This document shows positions 1 to 9,533 of a stretch of 64,000 nt of DNA, piece by piece (positions within the stretch are counted from its first letter, which is position 1; the number at the start of each line of letters is the position of its first letter). The position numbers and the translations under genes are program-made. This DNA comes from an uncultured Candidatus Saccharibacteria bacterium (GTDB lineage: Bacteria > Patescibacteriota > Minisyncoccia > Sungbacterales > JACQCQ01). The stretch is from assembly GCA_964494945.1 (NCBI GenBank), contig CAZBTX010000001.1, positions 67,088 through 131,087 on the forward strand, given 5' to 3'. A model generated the notes under the pieces. The model saw nothing but the letters and a program-made list of their open reading frames with translations. It did no database searches and was not told the DNA's origin.

Positions 1-403
1 ACTGGCGTGAGAATCGCCATCGCCCTTTCCCCATTGGCGGCATTACGTTAAGCCCCTGTTTAATACGCTCAAAAATACGTTCTATTTTAATTTCTTTTTC
101 TAATTTTTTCATCGCCACGCGGAATCCCCTGCCATCTCGCTCAAGGTTCTCCTTGATACTTGAGATGGTGGTTTGACTTACTTTCAGCCAACGGCTAATT
201 TCCGCATAGGAATATCCTCTTTGGAGAAAGAACGCTATCAATAAACGTTTACCCAACATGATTTTTTCTGTCCTGGTTAGGAGATCATTAAAGAAAAGTG
301 CAAGTTCTTCTTTACTTCGCATGAGCGTCACCGTATCAATGATTCTCTGGCTTAGCTCCTCAATTTGCCGTGATGTGAGCGGATATCGTGAAATTCTTGT
401 CAT
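1..403 (-). CDS. TrpR-like (YerC/YecD family) helix-turn-helix repressor, 3' end outside the window
   Basis: Absent from the ORF track because it has no stop in the window. Manual translation from ATG at 403 gives MTRISRYPL...FFNDLLTRTEKIMLGKRLLIAFFLQRGYSYAEISRWLKVSQTTIS, matching the TrpR-like DLLT..E..ML.KR / SY.EI...L.VS..TIS pattern. Confidence 0.8.
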   Translation of the reverse strand, partial: MTRISRYPLTSRQIEELSQRIIDTVTLMRSKEELALFFNDLLTRTEKIMLGKRLLIAFFLQRGYSYAEISRWLKVSQTTISSIKENLERDGRGFRVAMKKLEKEIKIERIFERIKQGLNVMPPMGKGRWRFSRQ

Positions 404-409
404 AAAATT

Positions 410-440
410 ATTATACTCCAATACTCGCTAGTATTGGAGT
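410..440 (-). promoter_or_regulatory. -10 box just before the ATG (leaderless-type) with an overlapping inverted repeat, candidate autoregulatory operator
   Basis: TATAAT on the minus strand at 410-415, 6 nt upstream of the ATG. Inverted repeat ACTCCAATACT-cgct-AGTATTGGAGT at 415-440. Confidence 0.55.
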
Positions 441-453
441 GGGGAGTAAATGG

Positions 454-3400
454 TTAAATGGAGGGAGTGGTGCTGGCGGTCGCTGTAGAAACCGCCGCGG
501 TAACAGTGGTAGTTGTGGCCATAGACGGGGTGGTAGTGGCCGTGTCAGTTCCGACGCTAGCGGTCGGAGCCCCAACCCCTTCGGGCGTCGGGGTTGTTGC
601 CGACGTCGTACTTGCGGTTAGGCCGGTGATATCAATTATGGGCGTGGCGGTTGATGTTATTGGGATTGGAGCGGCAAGAGACATACCGGAGGCGCAATCT
701 CCGGGTTCGGAATGCAGAACATTATTGTCGCTGAAGACGCAGACCGGATGTTGGGTGGCGCGGTCATAAATGGTTATACCGGTTTGGGTTATGTCCGCGG
801 CTTTAACTTGAATATTCTGCACGATTATTTTTTGTGCATTGATTTCCTCCGCTTCTATATACTTCATCGTCATGCGTCCCGTCTCGTCAATTTTCCATAA
901 GCCGTTTTGCGAGACGATTTGTCCGACTCCCAAGAGGGCATTGCCTCCCAAATTCACGTCCCCATAGAAGTTGACGTTGACCTTGCCGGTGGATTGATCA
1001 ACCGACCAGCCGTTGGTGGCAAGCGAACTCGAATTAGCGGCGGCAAGTTGCGGCACGGCATCGTCCAGTTTCGAGTATCCGAGGTTCACGAAAACCAGGA
1101 TTTTTCCGGTTCTGACCGTCCGGCCGTCGGGAAGTCCGACTTCGGCGGCGTTTGAAGTAGGACTTCCTGTTGTTGATTCGTCAAAGCTCTCCAAAGCAAT
1201 CCCCACGGTCATCCCTGAAGTCGTGGCCTTCATGCCCACTCCGGCAAGAGACGAGGAAGTTATCCTGTTGCCGATGGCAATGGGGCCGGATTCGGTGGAG
1301 ACCTTGACCGGGACGCGGCCGACGAGGGCAACGGAAAAATCCGGGCTTTTGCCATAGTCATCGCCAAGCACCATGCCCGGTTGGGTGGAAATCGCGCCAA
1401 GTAAAGTTTCTCCCGCGGCCGCTTTTTTGATAAAAGGCTTAGCGCTTGTGGCAGTGGCGATGGCGCCGGCGTCAAGCGAAATAATGTCGCCGGATTCAAG
1501 CGCTTCCAAAGATGGATACTTTTCCGCGATGTCGGTCCAGTTGGCGTGGGCGGTGCCGTAGTAGATGTCGCCGGCGGTGCCGACGGCGGTACAGTGGGTG
1601 TCCACGGCGGTATCAAAGCACCCGGCGCCCGCAACTTCTAATTTGGGGTCGGGATTCGTCGTCCCGATGCCGACGTTGCCGGTGTAATCAATGACAAACG
1701 CGGTTGTTGTCGCGCCCGTGCTTGTTGCGCCGGCAAATACCGCAAAAAGCGGGTCGGTGCTGAATGCCGCGCCTACCACGGTTAGCCGCGCGGGCACGCT
1801 GACGCTGGAGGTGGCAGATCCAATGCCTATTCCCACGTTGCCTAAAGAATCTATACGCAATCTTTCTCGGCCGCCGGTGGAGATGTTGAGCATGCTAGAC
1901 GTTAGAGACCATATGCCCGTGCTTATGTCGCCAGAGAACGTGAGCGCTGGAGAATCTTCGGCGCCGCTTGAGGAAAGAGTGAGGTGCGGGGTGGTGGTGG
2001 TTGCCGAGAAAAGTTCTTCTGCAAGCGCGCTGATATTGACGCCCTGCTGAAGGTTCATAAACACTAAAATTGTCTCGCCTATGGAAGCGGCGGTATGCGG
2101 CTCAAGCGCGATTCCGACAGAAGCGTCAAAAAGTCCCGCCTTCATACCCACACCAGGAACAGATGAAAGCGCGATGCGGTCGCCAATGGCAATCTCGCCA
2201 CCTTCCAGATTTACCTTCGTCGGCACCCGTCCGGCGAGAGCCACGGGGCGCTGCCCCGTCGCGTCTGTTTTGTCGGTGAGAAGAAGCCCTGGCTGTGTGG
2301 AGATGATGCCCGCAAGAGGACGGTGGTCTCCCCTCACTGCACGTTTCACAAAAAGCGGTTTTTCAAAATCAAAGGAAACAATCTCTCCGGCGGAAACCGA
2401 CGAGTCCGAGACGGAATAATTTTCCGCCAAGTCGGCTCCGGAGGTGACAGTTTTGTATTCGTAGACAATTATGCTGCCAGCGGTGCCAGCACCGCCGGCG
2501 CCGCTGGTGACACCGTCGCCGCCGCGGCCACCGATGTTGTCGCCAGCGGCGATACCGCCGATGTTGCTACTGCCACCGTTACCTTTCAAATTTACATCAC
2601 CACTAGAGCCACTGCCGCCGGCGCCGGGGGTGCCGGTGCCGCCTTCGCCGTTGCCGGCGCTGCCGCCGGCGCCGCCGGTTGCCTGCAGGAGCGGAGTGGT
2701 ACAGGCGGTAGCGTTTGTTCCGAAGCACAATTTCACGCCGTCTGTGCCGTTATTGCCGCCGCTGCCGCCGGCGCCGCCTCCGCCGGAGGTATATTTGTAT
2801 GTAGCGGCCGGAGTCGCAATAGATTTCATCGAGTACCCTCCCCCTCCCCCTCCCCCTCCGGTGCCGAGGCCGGAACCGCCGCCTTGGCCGCCGGCGCCGC
2901 CTCCGTTGCCCCAAAGCTCAACCACTATGTAGGAGGTGTTTGCTGGCGTGGTGTAGGTAGCGTCTGTCCCACTGGTGAATGTTTGAATCGAAGCGAACCG
3001 CACGACGGTATCGGTGTCCGCCGAACAGGTGACTCCACCCGAAGCGGTTATTGCTGAAACATGCTGACCCGCCGAGCAGGTGGTGCCAGTAATTAGGGTG
3101 TAGTCCGTGCCGTTGGCGGCCGCAGTGAATGCCGACGTGCCGTTTCCTTTAAGTACTCCGGTAAGTGTGGTGGCTCCCGTTCCTCCGTTGGCTACCGCGA
3201 TAGTTGCTCCGGTCCAGGTTCCGGAAGTGATGGTGCCGACTGAAGTGAGTGAAGAGCCGGTAACTCCCGAACCCAGAGTTGTGGCATTCAAAACCGAGGT
3301 TCCGTTAATTTGCAAATCTCCTCCGGAGCCGAGATTAAGGGTATTGGTTGTGAGATAACTCGTGCCGGCGCCTACTTGCAAAGTGCCTAATATTCTTAAG

Positions 3401-6400
3401 TTATTTTCTATAGTGGAGGTGCCGGTGCCTCCGACATAGAGCCGGTTAGCAACTGCGAGTTGTTCCGCCGGACTCGTTGTACCTACGCCGATGTTGCCGT
3501 TTTGATTTACGCCGCCAATAAAGAAAGCCGGTGTGGAACTACCTTGGTTTGAGACAACAAAGGAGGGGTTTGTGGTATTCATTTCTACCGAAAGATTGCC
3601 CCACGGACTCGTTGTACCTACGCCGATGTTGCCCGAGGTCGCGAGGAAGATAGATGAGGTGGCGGTGAGCGTGGCGCCGACGTAGGAGAGCATCTGCCCG
3701 TCCGTGCCGGTAGGCAGGCCACCGACACAAGTGCCATTCACCGCCAAGCATCCGGTCAGAACATTTAATCCGCTGCCGAAGGTGCTGGTGGCGGTGGCGC
3801 TGATATTGATGGTGTTGGCCCCAGTGTTACCAAGAGAGAGCAGTGTCCCCGGACTCGTCGTCCCGATGCCGACGTTGCCGCCAGACAAAATTGTCATGGC
3901 TACGGCATTATTAGTAGCGAATTGGAGAGGGAAAGCGCCGGCTCTATGTATAACCCCGGCACTGGCAGAAGTCCCTAAAGCAAGGGTACCTCCGCTGGTT
4001 GAATCAACGCCCACATAAAGAGGAGTAGTAGGAGCATTATTTATAATGTAGCGTGTTGCCGCCGCCTCAGTGCTTGCGTTTTCAATATACTGGTTTGTTC
4101 CACCACTAGAATTATATAAATGCAATTTTGCTCCAGGCGCCGCCGTCCCAATGCCGACGTTATTGCTCGAAAAATCATACACCAACCCGCTGGTTTCAAT
4201 GGCAAGGCCTCCAGTGATAGTCGAGGTAGCAGTAGTCGAGGTCGCGTTAAAGTTTCCGAAGGTCGGAGTACTGGTTCCCGTAAGAACTCCGGAAGCGTTA
4301 GTTGAAAGCAAACTATTGATGGGAAGCCCCGAAAGCGTCAGGGTTGTGCCGGTGGCGGTGATGTTGGCAACCGTGAGGTTGCCGGAGAACAACGCATTCC
4401 CCTGCACCGAGAGTGTTGTAGCCGGACTCGTCGTCCCGATGCCGACGTTGCCGCTCTGTGTGATAAATACGTCGGGAGAGCCGTAGGTTACCTGGGATGC
4501 AGGAGAATTCTCACTAATACCCCAAAGCCCAAGCCCCCTGTTATTAACAACATCGATGCTGGCATAGCCACCAACTGCACCATATGTGAATCCGTCGTCT
4601 GTTCCCGTGTACGCAGTGACCACTCCGCTTCCGTTTACATTCTGATTGAGGCTTCCTCCAGAGATAATTTGATTGGCACCTACAGTACCAGAAGTGATGT
4701 CCTTTTTAACCTGCAAAGCTGTTTCGGGTCCCGCCGTCCCGATGCCGACGTTGCCGGAGTTTGAAATTGTGAGAGCCGCAGGTGTTGAAGTCGCATACGC
4801 ATCCGTCGAAGTCCCCACATACAAGTTCCCGCCCATTGATGAGAAGAGCCAGTGTTTGAGGTTGGCTGATGCAGAAGTATCCGAGAGCGCGAATGAGGGA
4901 CGTGTTCCCGCGACTTGAAGGAGCCAGTTCGGGGTGGTCGTCCCGATGCCGACGTTGCCGCTCATATCCACAACAAACCGACCAGTCGTACCAGACGCGC
5001 CGCTATAGAGCGCGAGAAGATTAGAACCCGCCCCGTGCGCGGTGTCCGTGATCGCGAGCTTGTACACATCCACGACGCCGGTCGTATTGAGCGTTCCGCT
5101 CAAGCTAGCGAGCGATGAGGCATTGGAGCCGGTGAGGGAGTAGTTCTGAACATCAATTAATGTAAGATTGCCGCTGAAACTACTACTCCCAAGAACTAAT
5201 TTCGTCCAACGATGACCAGTGTCACCGATAGATGTGTTAGCTTCAGGATAAAAGCTCCCACCAGCGAACACAGCAGTTACGGCTCCATTGTAGGCAAATT
5301 GCAACGCTCCAGAACCTCCGACGATCATGTAGTCACTCGCCATAGAGAGCGCGGTCAAGTCCTGGGTGTTCGCTGCGTCACGATACATAATAGAGGAGCC
5401 GGCTGGCAATCGGATCGTCCCCGTCGTAGCAGGGGTCGCTCCAAAACTCAAAGCCCCTGACCCGCCAACGTGAAGAGCAGTCCCCGGCCCCGCCGTTCCG
5501 ATCCCCACATTGCCGCTAGATTTATCAACAAAGAGAAGCGGCGAGGAAGTGCCTACAGATAGGAGTGAGTTGGATGCGGGCGTGGTGGAGCCCACCGAGA
5601 ACACTCCGGCCAGAGTGGAGGTGGCTGTGGTGGAGGTTGAGGTGAAGTATGAAGAAATAAAGTTGTTGCCGAGAATATCCCCCGCAACCGAAAGTTTCTG
5701 CCCGGGCGTTGTCGTCCCGATGCCGACGTTGCCGGAACTCAAAACCGCAAGTTTGCTACTTCCGCCCACTTGGGCGTTTATCAAATAATTACTTCCGCTT
5801 CCGACTGATGTTTGTGTTGAATCTATGTTGAGGACTGTGTATCCTGCCGTGCCTGATTGCGCGATAGTCGGTTCAAGCGACATCCAGTTCTGATTTCCGC
5901 TCGCGGCAGTCAACCTCCCATCAGTATCTTTATCATCAAACAAATAAACAGTAGCTCCAGCAGTCGCTAAATCAGTTCCCTGATAAAGTCTAAGTCCTTG
6001 ATTAGTCCCACCACGAAAGAAATCTATATAAGAGTTAGAATTTGCTCCCTGAAAACGGTAGGAACGGAAACCGGTGCCTTCTTCGGTACGGGTATTGCTA
6101 ACTATTCCGTTGTTTGGCTGAAAGGCAATACCTCCAGCTGAAGTTTTTATCACAAAATCATCGTCTGTGTAGTGATATAAATCCGTATATCTTACTCCGT
6201 TTGCGGCATATATTCTTAGGGCGGGCGTTTGCACAGGACTGCCTGTCGGCGTTTTTAAAGTCAAAAGAACATCAGGTGTTGCCGTCCCGATCCCCACATC
6301 CCCGTTAGCATCCACAATAAAGCTGGTGGCGGTGGAGGAGCCAATGGCGAACGCGGTCTGGGTGGTTCCGGCCGGGGACTGAATGGAGAGCGTGGCAAAG

Positions 6401-8436
6401 GGCGAAGAAGTGCCAATACCCACTCTCCCGAAAGGCGAGGATGAAGTGTCCAAAGAAAGCAGAGGATTGGCGGCTGTGGTGCTTGTCGCCAGAGACCAGG
6501 CATTGACCGTCAGGTTGGGAATGGTGCTTGTCGCCCGATTGTTGTAGACAATGTTCCCGGAGTTGATGGAGAAAAGGTCTCCGATGGCATCACCCACATA
6601 TAAAGAACCCTCCACCAGCAAAGAGGAGGCGGAAGTGGAGGCCACGGTGACTGAACCGGCCGAGGTCAGGGAATTGACATACACATCCCCCTCGGCATCC
6701 ACCAGGAACTTGGTAGAGCCATTGACCGCCAGACCCAGGAGATTGGTATCGGAGACGGCTGATGCGGGATTGATATACAGGGAAGAGTTGGACACCGCCG
6801 CATTGGCCACTCCCGTGGCCCAGGCGGGAAAGGTGTGGGGCGTTACGGGGACATAGGTAGCCACCACCTGGCCGGAACTGGTGGTGGTGGCCGAGACGGA
6901 TAGAGTTCCGTTATTAGCCGAGAACACCCCGCCCACCGAGAGCGCCCCGTGGATCTGGGTGTCTCCCGATACTTCAAAGTTGCCGGAGGTGGTGGTGGAG
7001 ACACCCACCCCCAAGCCCCCGGTGAGATATGTATGGCCGGATACGGAAAGAAGCTGGGAGGGTGAAGAAGTGCCGATGCCCACTTTATTCCCCCCAAAAT
7101 CAACCACCAGAGTATCGGTGTCTATGGTCAGTCCTCCCGCCATGGTGGAAGTGGAGGTGGTATCGGTCAGGGTCAATTTAGAGGCGGTAACTCCTGCTGT
7201 TACCGTGAGCGACCCCGTGCTCACCATAAGATCACCGGTTCTCACGGTGGCGCCGTTATAAATGTCCAGGGAGTCCAGCTTGTCTATTCTCTGCGAGACG
7301 GTCACCATCTGGAGGGAAGAGCCGGCCACGCGGGAAGTATTATTCAAGTCCCCCCGCACGGTGAAGAGGTCATGGGAGAGGGAGGCCAGTTCCACTCTGA
7401 TTTTGTTGTTTTCCTGCTGAAAGAGTTGAGAGAGCTCTTGCTTAAGACCGGCGGTGTCCGTTATGACCAGTTGTCTTTCTATGATGGTGGAGGGTTGCTC
7501 TTGCTTTTCGGCAGATGCGGCTGGTTTCTCCGGCTCTTGGCCGTTTAGCGTAAATTCAACTGTTCCCGATGGCAGGGTCAAGGATTCACGGAATTTTGAA
7601 CCCAAAAGCAAATTGGAAAAGAAGGGCCGGATGTTCTTAAAAAGTCCCGCGATATTGCCTTCGCTTTGAATGATTTTCGCGACATTCCGACCGGTGTCTT
7701 GGGTGGCGGTGAGGCCGGATTGATAGAAATTTACGGACGCACCTAAAGCCGCATTTTTTAAAGCTACAAATGTTTTGCTGAAATCATTAGGATTTGAAAT
7801 GCCACGACTAAGCGCTCCGGCCAATTTTTCTAAAGTCAGGGGAATATTTTTTGTCTTTTCATAAACTTCAGATAACCCGATATCTTTATCAGGAATAATC
7901 TGCTTATGGGACGCCGAGACAAGAATGGGATTGAGGGTTCGACTGCCGTCTTTAACCAATGCCGCCAGATCAGCACGCGCGCTTATTGCCAATATTAGAG
8001 ACAACACAGCTAAGGTGCTTATTCCTAGAGGTTTAAATTTAAAAAAGAAATTTGGAAATTCAGATACTTTCGTTCTTTGATATCCTTTTTCTTTATAAAC
8101 ATTTAGCGTATAGAAAATATTTTCTCTCGGTATGGATGAAGAAACATGGTCGGGCTCCCGCAATTTCACCGTACTTTGTATCGGTTTTATAGGTACGCTC
8201 CGGGAATCGGAACGCGGAATTTTTACGCTTCTTTTCCATGAGCGGTTGTTTAGGTATCTCGTCAATTCCTCGGCGTCAATGAACCATCCATGCCCAATTT
8301 TTTCTCCGGCTATTACCCTCCGATTAATAAGAACTCTCAAAGAGTCCGGTTTGATGCCGGATAGATCCGAGGCCTGTATTAAATTCAAGAGTTTTTGCTC
8401 CATCCCGTTAGAGACAGGAAATGCGGCGCTCCGCAT
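454..8436 (-). CDS. Giant surface/fibre-like protein: N-terminal excisionase-type HTH, TM segment, coiled coil, many GNVGIGT repeats, Gly-rich domain and two C-terminal peptidase-G2/intramolecular-chaperone-like domains; real start may be ATG 8403
   Basis: HTH-like LLNLIQASDLSGIKPDSLRVLINRRVIAGEKIGHGWFIDAEEL; hydrophobic LGISTLAVLSLILAISA; more than 12 GxVGIGT motifs; two D(L/I)AExY...G(I/A)ISTQPG...VAL(A/V)GRVPxKV...GDRI/GNRI..SS..GVGMKA domains. Confidence 0.8.
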   Translation of the reverse strand: MRSAAFPVSNGMEQKLLNLIQASDLSGIKPDSLRVLINRRVIAGEKIGHGWFIDAEELTRYLNNRSWKRSVKIPRSDSRSVPIKPIQSTVKLREPDHVSSSIPRENIFYTLNVYKEKGYQRTKVSEFPNFFFKFKPLGISTLAVLSLILAISARADLAALVKDGSRTLNPILVSASHKQIIPDKDIGLSEVYEKTKNIPLTLEKLAGALSRGISNPNDFSKTFVALKNAALGASVNFYQSGLTATQDTGRNVAKIIQSEGNIAGLFKNIRPFFSNLLLGSKFRESLTLPSGTVEFTLNGQEPEKPAASAEKQEQPSTIIERQLVITDTAGLKQELSQLFQQENNKIRVELASLSHDLFTVRGDLNNTSRVAGSSLQMVTVSQRIDKLDSLDIYNGATVRTGDLMVSTGSLTVTAGVTASKLTLTDTTSTSTMAGGLTIDTDTLVVDFGGNKVGIGTSSPSQLLSVSGHTYLTGGLGVGVSTTTSGNFEVSGDTQIHGALSVGGVFSANNGTLSVSATTTSSGQVVATYVPVTPHTFPAWATGVANAAVSNSSLYINPASAVSDTNLLGLAVNGSTKFLVDAEGDVYVNSLTSAGSVTVASTSASSLLVEGSLYVGDAIGDLFSINSGNIVYNNRATSTIPNLTVNAWSLATSTTAANPLLSLDTSSSPFGRVGIGTSSPFATLSIQSPAGTTQTAFAIGSSTATSFIVDANGDVGIGTATPDVLLTLKTPTGSPVQTPALRIYAANGVRYTDLYHYTDDDFVIKTSAGGIAFQPNNGIVSNTRTEEGTGFRSYRFQGANSNSYIDFFRGGTNQGLRLYQGTDLATAGATVYLFDDKDTDGRLTAASGNQNWMSLEPTIAQSGTAGYTVLNIDSTQTSVGSGSNYLINAQVGGSSKLAVLSSGNVGIGTTTPGQKLSVAGDILGNNFISSYFTSTSTTATSTLAGVFSVGSTTPASNSLLSVGTSSPLLFVDKSSGNVGIGTAGPGTALHVGGSGALSFGATPATTGTIRLPAGSSIMYRDAANTQDLTALSMASDYMIVGGSGALQFAYNGAVTAVFAGGSFYPEANTSIGDTGHRWTKLVLGSSSFSGNLTLIDVQNYSLTGSNASSLASLSGTLNTTGVVDVYKLAITDTAHGAGSNLLALYSGASGTTGRFVVDMSGNVGIGTTTPNWLLQVAGTRPSFALSDTSASANLKHWLFSSMGGNLYVGTSTDAYATSTPAALTISNSGNVGIGTAGPETALQVKKDITSGTVGANQIISGGSLNQNVNGSGVVTAYTGTDDGFTYGAVGGYASIDVVNNRGLGLWGISENSPASQVTYGSPDVFITQSGNVGIGTTSPATTLSVQGNALFSGNLTVANITATGTTLTLSGLPINSLLSTNASGVLTGTSTPTFGNFNATSTTATSTITGGLAIETSGLVYDFSSNNVGIGTAAPGAKLHLYNSSGGTNQYIENASTEAAATRYIINNAPTTPLYVGVDSTSGGTLALGTSASAGVIHRAGAFPLQFATNNAVAMTILSGGNVGIGTTSPGTLLSLGNTGANTINISATATSTFGSGLNVLTGCLAVNGTCVGGLPTGTDGQMLSYVGATLTATSSIFLATSGNIGVGTTSPWGNLSVEMNTTNPSFVVSNQGSSTPAFFIGGVNQNGNIGVGTTSPAEQLAVANRLYVGGTGTSTIENNLRILGTLQVGAGTSYLTTNTLNLGSGGDLQINGTSVLNATTLGSGVTGSSLTSVGTITSGTWTGATIAVANGGTGATTLTGVLKGNGTSAFTAAANGTDYTLITGTTCSAGQHVSAITASGGVTCSADTDTVVRFASIQTFTSGTDATYTTPANTSYIVVELWGNGGGAGGQGGGSGLGTGGGGGGGGYSMKSIATPAATYKYTSGGGGAGGSGGNNGTDGVKLCFGTNATACTTPLLQATGGAGGSAGNGEGGTGTPGAGGSGSSGDVNLKGNGGSSNIGGIAAGDNIGGRGGDGVTSGAGGAGTAGSIIVYEYKTVTSGADLAENYSVSDSSVSAGEIVSFDFEKPLFVKRAVRGDHRPLAGIISTQPGLLLTDKTDATGQRPVALAGRVPTKVNLEGGEIAIGDRIALSSVPGVGMKAGLFDASVGIALEPHTAASIGETILVFMNLQQGVNISALAEELFSATTTTPHLTLSSSGAEDSPALTFSGDISTGIWSLTSSMLNISTGGRERLRIDSLGNVGIGIGSATSSVSVPARLTVVGAAFSTDPLFAVFAGATSTGATTTAFVIDYTGNVGIGTTNPDPKLEVAGAGCFDTAVDTHCTAVGTAGDIYYGTAHANWTDIAEKYPSLEALESGDIISLDAGAIATATSAKPFIKKAAAGETLLGAISTQPGMVLGDDYGKSPDFSVALVGRVPVKVSTESGPIAIGNRITSSSLAGVGMKATTSGMTVGIALESFDESTTGSPTSNAAEVGLPDGRTVRTGKILVFVNLGYSKLDDAVPQLAAANSSSLATNGWSVDQSTGKVNVNFYGDVNLGGNALLGVGQIVSQNGLWKIDETGRMTMKYIEAEEINAQKIIVQNIQVKAADITQTGITIYDRATQHPVCVFSDNNVLHSEPGDCASGMSLAAPIPITSTATPIIDITGLTASTTSATTPTPEGVGAPTASVGTDTATTTPSMATTTTVTAAVSTATASTTPSI
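1661..5734 (-). repeat. Six identical 21-bp intragenic repeats GTCCCGATGCCGACGTTGCCG encoding GNVGIGT
   Basis: Exact copies start at 1661, 3860, 4433, 4736, 4940 and 5714; a near copy starts at 4145. Confidence 0.9.
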
Positions 8437-8529
8437 TTCCGGAAGTTAACTAGTAATCTTGTATAGAGATTTTTATCGTTTCGGTTTCATAAATCATAGA
8501 TAAAGTAAGGGGTGGGTCTCTAACGGGAT
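8402..8529. mobile_element. MITE/REP-like element with 14-bp terminal inverted repeats (CCCGTTAGA family)
   Basis: ATCCCGTTAGAGAC (8402-8415) and GTCTCTAACGGGAT (8516-8529); internal GGAAATG...CATTTCC hairpin shared with the 31021 copy. Confidence 0.6.
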
Positions 8530-8539
8530 CCATCAGTGT

Positions 8540-8579
8540 AAGTTACGAATTCGTAACTTGTTCCCGTAACTAAATTATA
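8540..8579 (-). promoter_or_regulatory. Promoter -10 of the giant gene followed by a perfect 20-bp palindrome, candidate operator
   Basis: TATAAT on the minus strand at 8574-8579; AAGTTACGAATTCGTAACTT at 8540-8559; extra half-site CGTAACT at 8565-8571. Confidence 0.5.
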
Positions 8580-8963
8580 GAGCCGATCATCAGAATAAAC
8601 CGTGTGGATAAAGTATTTATTCCACAACTTTTTAAAAACTATTCCTTATGTTTTAACGATGTGTTTTAGTGATGAATGAGTTGAGCGGCCAAATAAATAT
8701 CCGGTATTTGATAATTTAAACGGGGATGCCCCATGGTTTTTGATGGAGCGAACTTTTTACTTAAATTTAATCGGATTAGTAGATTATTAAATATAGATTT
8801 CATTTTTCAGCTATAGCGTGGTACTGAAAAAGACCTTTATTTTGTGATCTACACGAATAAATTAGCTTAGCCGATAAGATAGCGGCTTAGAGAAATTGCT
8901 CTGGTTGCGGAAATAGGGTCAATCTGTTAACCTATATTAGCTAATAATTAAGCTGCTGACGGC

Positions 8964-9434
8964 ATGGATTTAGATGTTAGGAAATACGAAATCGCCTACT
9001 TAGTGTCTCCCCGGGTCGCGGAAGACGATGTGGTTAGAATAGCCGGAATCGTTACCGGAGCCATTGAGGAGCAAAAGGGCGTGGTTCGCCACGTTGAAGA
9101 GCCGAAAAAGAGGAAACTGGCTTACCCTGTGGAAAATGACCGCATGGGTTATTTGGGCTATACTAGATTTTCGGCAGATCCTAACGCGGCATCGGGAATA
9201 TCCAAGAAGCTTAAATTCCAGAAAGAGATAATGCGTTTTCTTGTAGTGGAAGAAGAAATTGAGCCGGAAAAGCGCCAGATCACGAGGCGCGCGTGGCGTT
9301 CAACCGAAGGCCTGCCATCCACGGTAACAGTGGGGGCCCCCAAACGTGAGACAGAAATTGTTGCTTCACCGGAAGAACGCGAGGCCAATATAGAGAAGAT
9401 AGATAAGCGGTTAGAGGAAATACTGGGGCAATGA
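8964..9434 (+). CDS. rpsF: 30S ribosomal protein S6
   Basis: RKYEIAYL...KRKLAYPV...IMRFLVV; rpsF-ssb-rpsR order. Confidence 0.95.
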   Translation: MDLDVRKYEIAYLVSPRVAEDDVVRIAGIVTGAIEEQKGVVRHVEEPKKRKLAYPVENDRMGYLGYTRFSADPNAASGISKKLKFQKEIMRFLVVEEEIEPEKRQITRRAWRSTEGLPSTVTVGAPKRETEIVASPEEREANIEKIDKRLEEILGQ

Positions 9435-9533
9435 AATGCAAAATGCAAAAATCAAACATCAAAATGAATGTAGCGCTGAAAGCGCCTCCTAAATTTTAAT
9501 TTTTAAATTTTAATTTTTGATTTATCTAGTTTT

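Noticed and set aside
1661-5734. 21-bp repeats as a CRISPR array or DGR template/variable repeats
   Set aside because: They are in frame, irregularly spaced by hundreds of bp, show no adenine-specific variation, and no cas or reverse transcriptase gene is in the window.
454-8436. Prophage tail-fibre locus
   Set aside because: No capsid, terminase, portal or integrase nearby; it has a TM anchor and core-gene neighbours.
439-8449. Many plus-strand ORFs, including the Pro-rich 2471-2932
   Set aside because: Antisense shadows of the Gly/Thr-rich giant gene; the same applies to shadows over rpoBC, groEL, uvrA and others.
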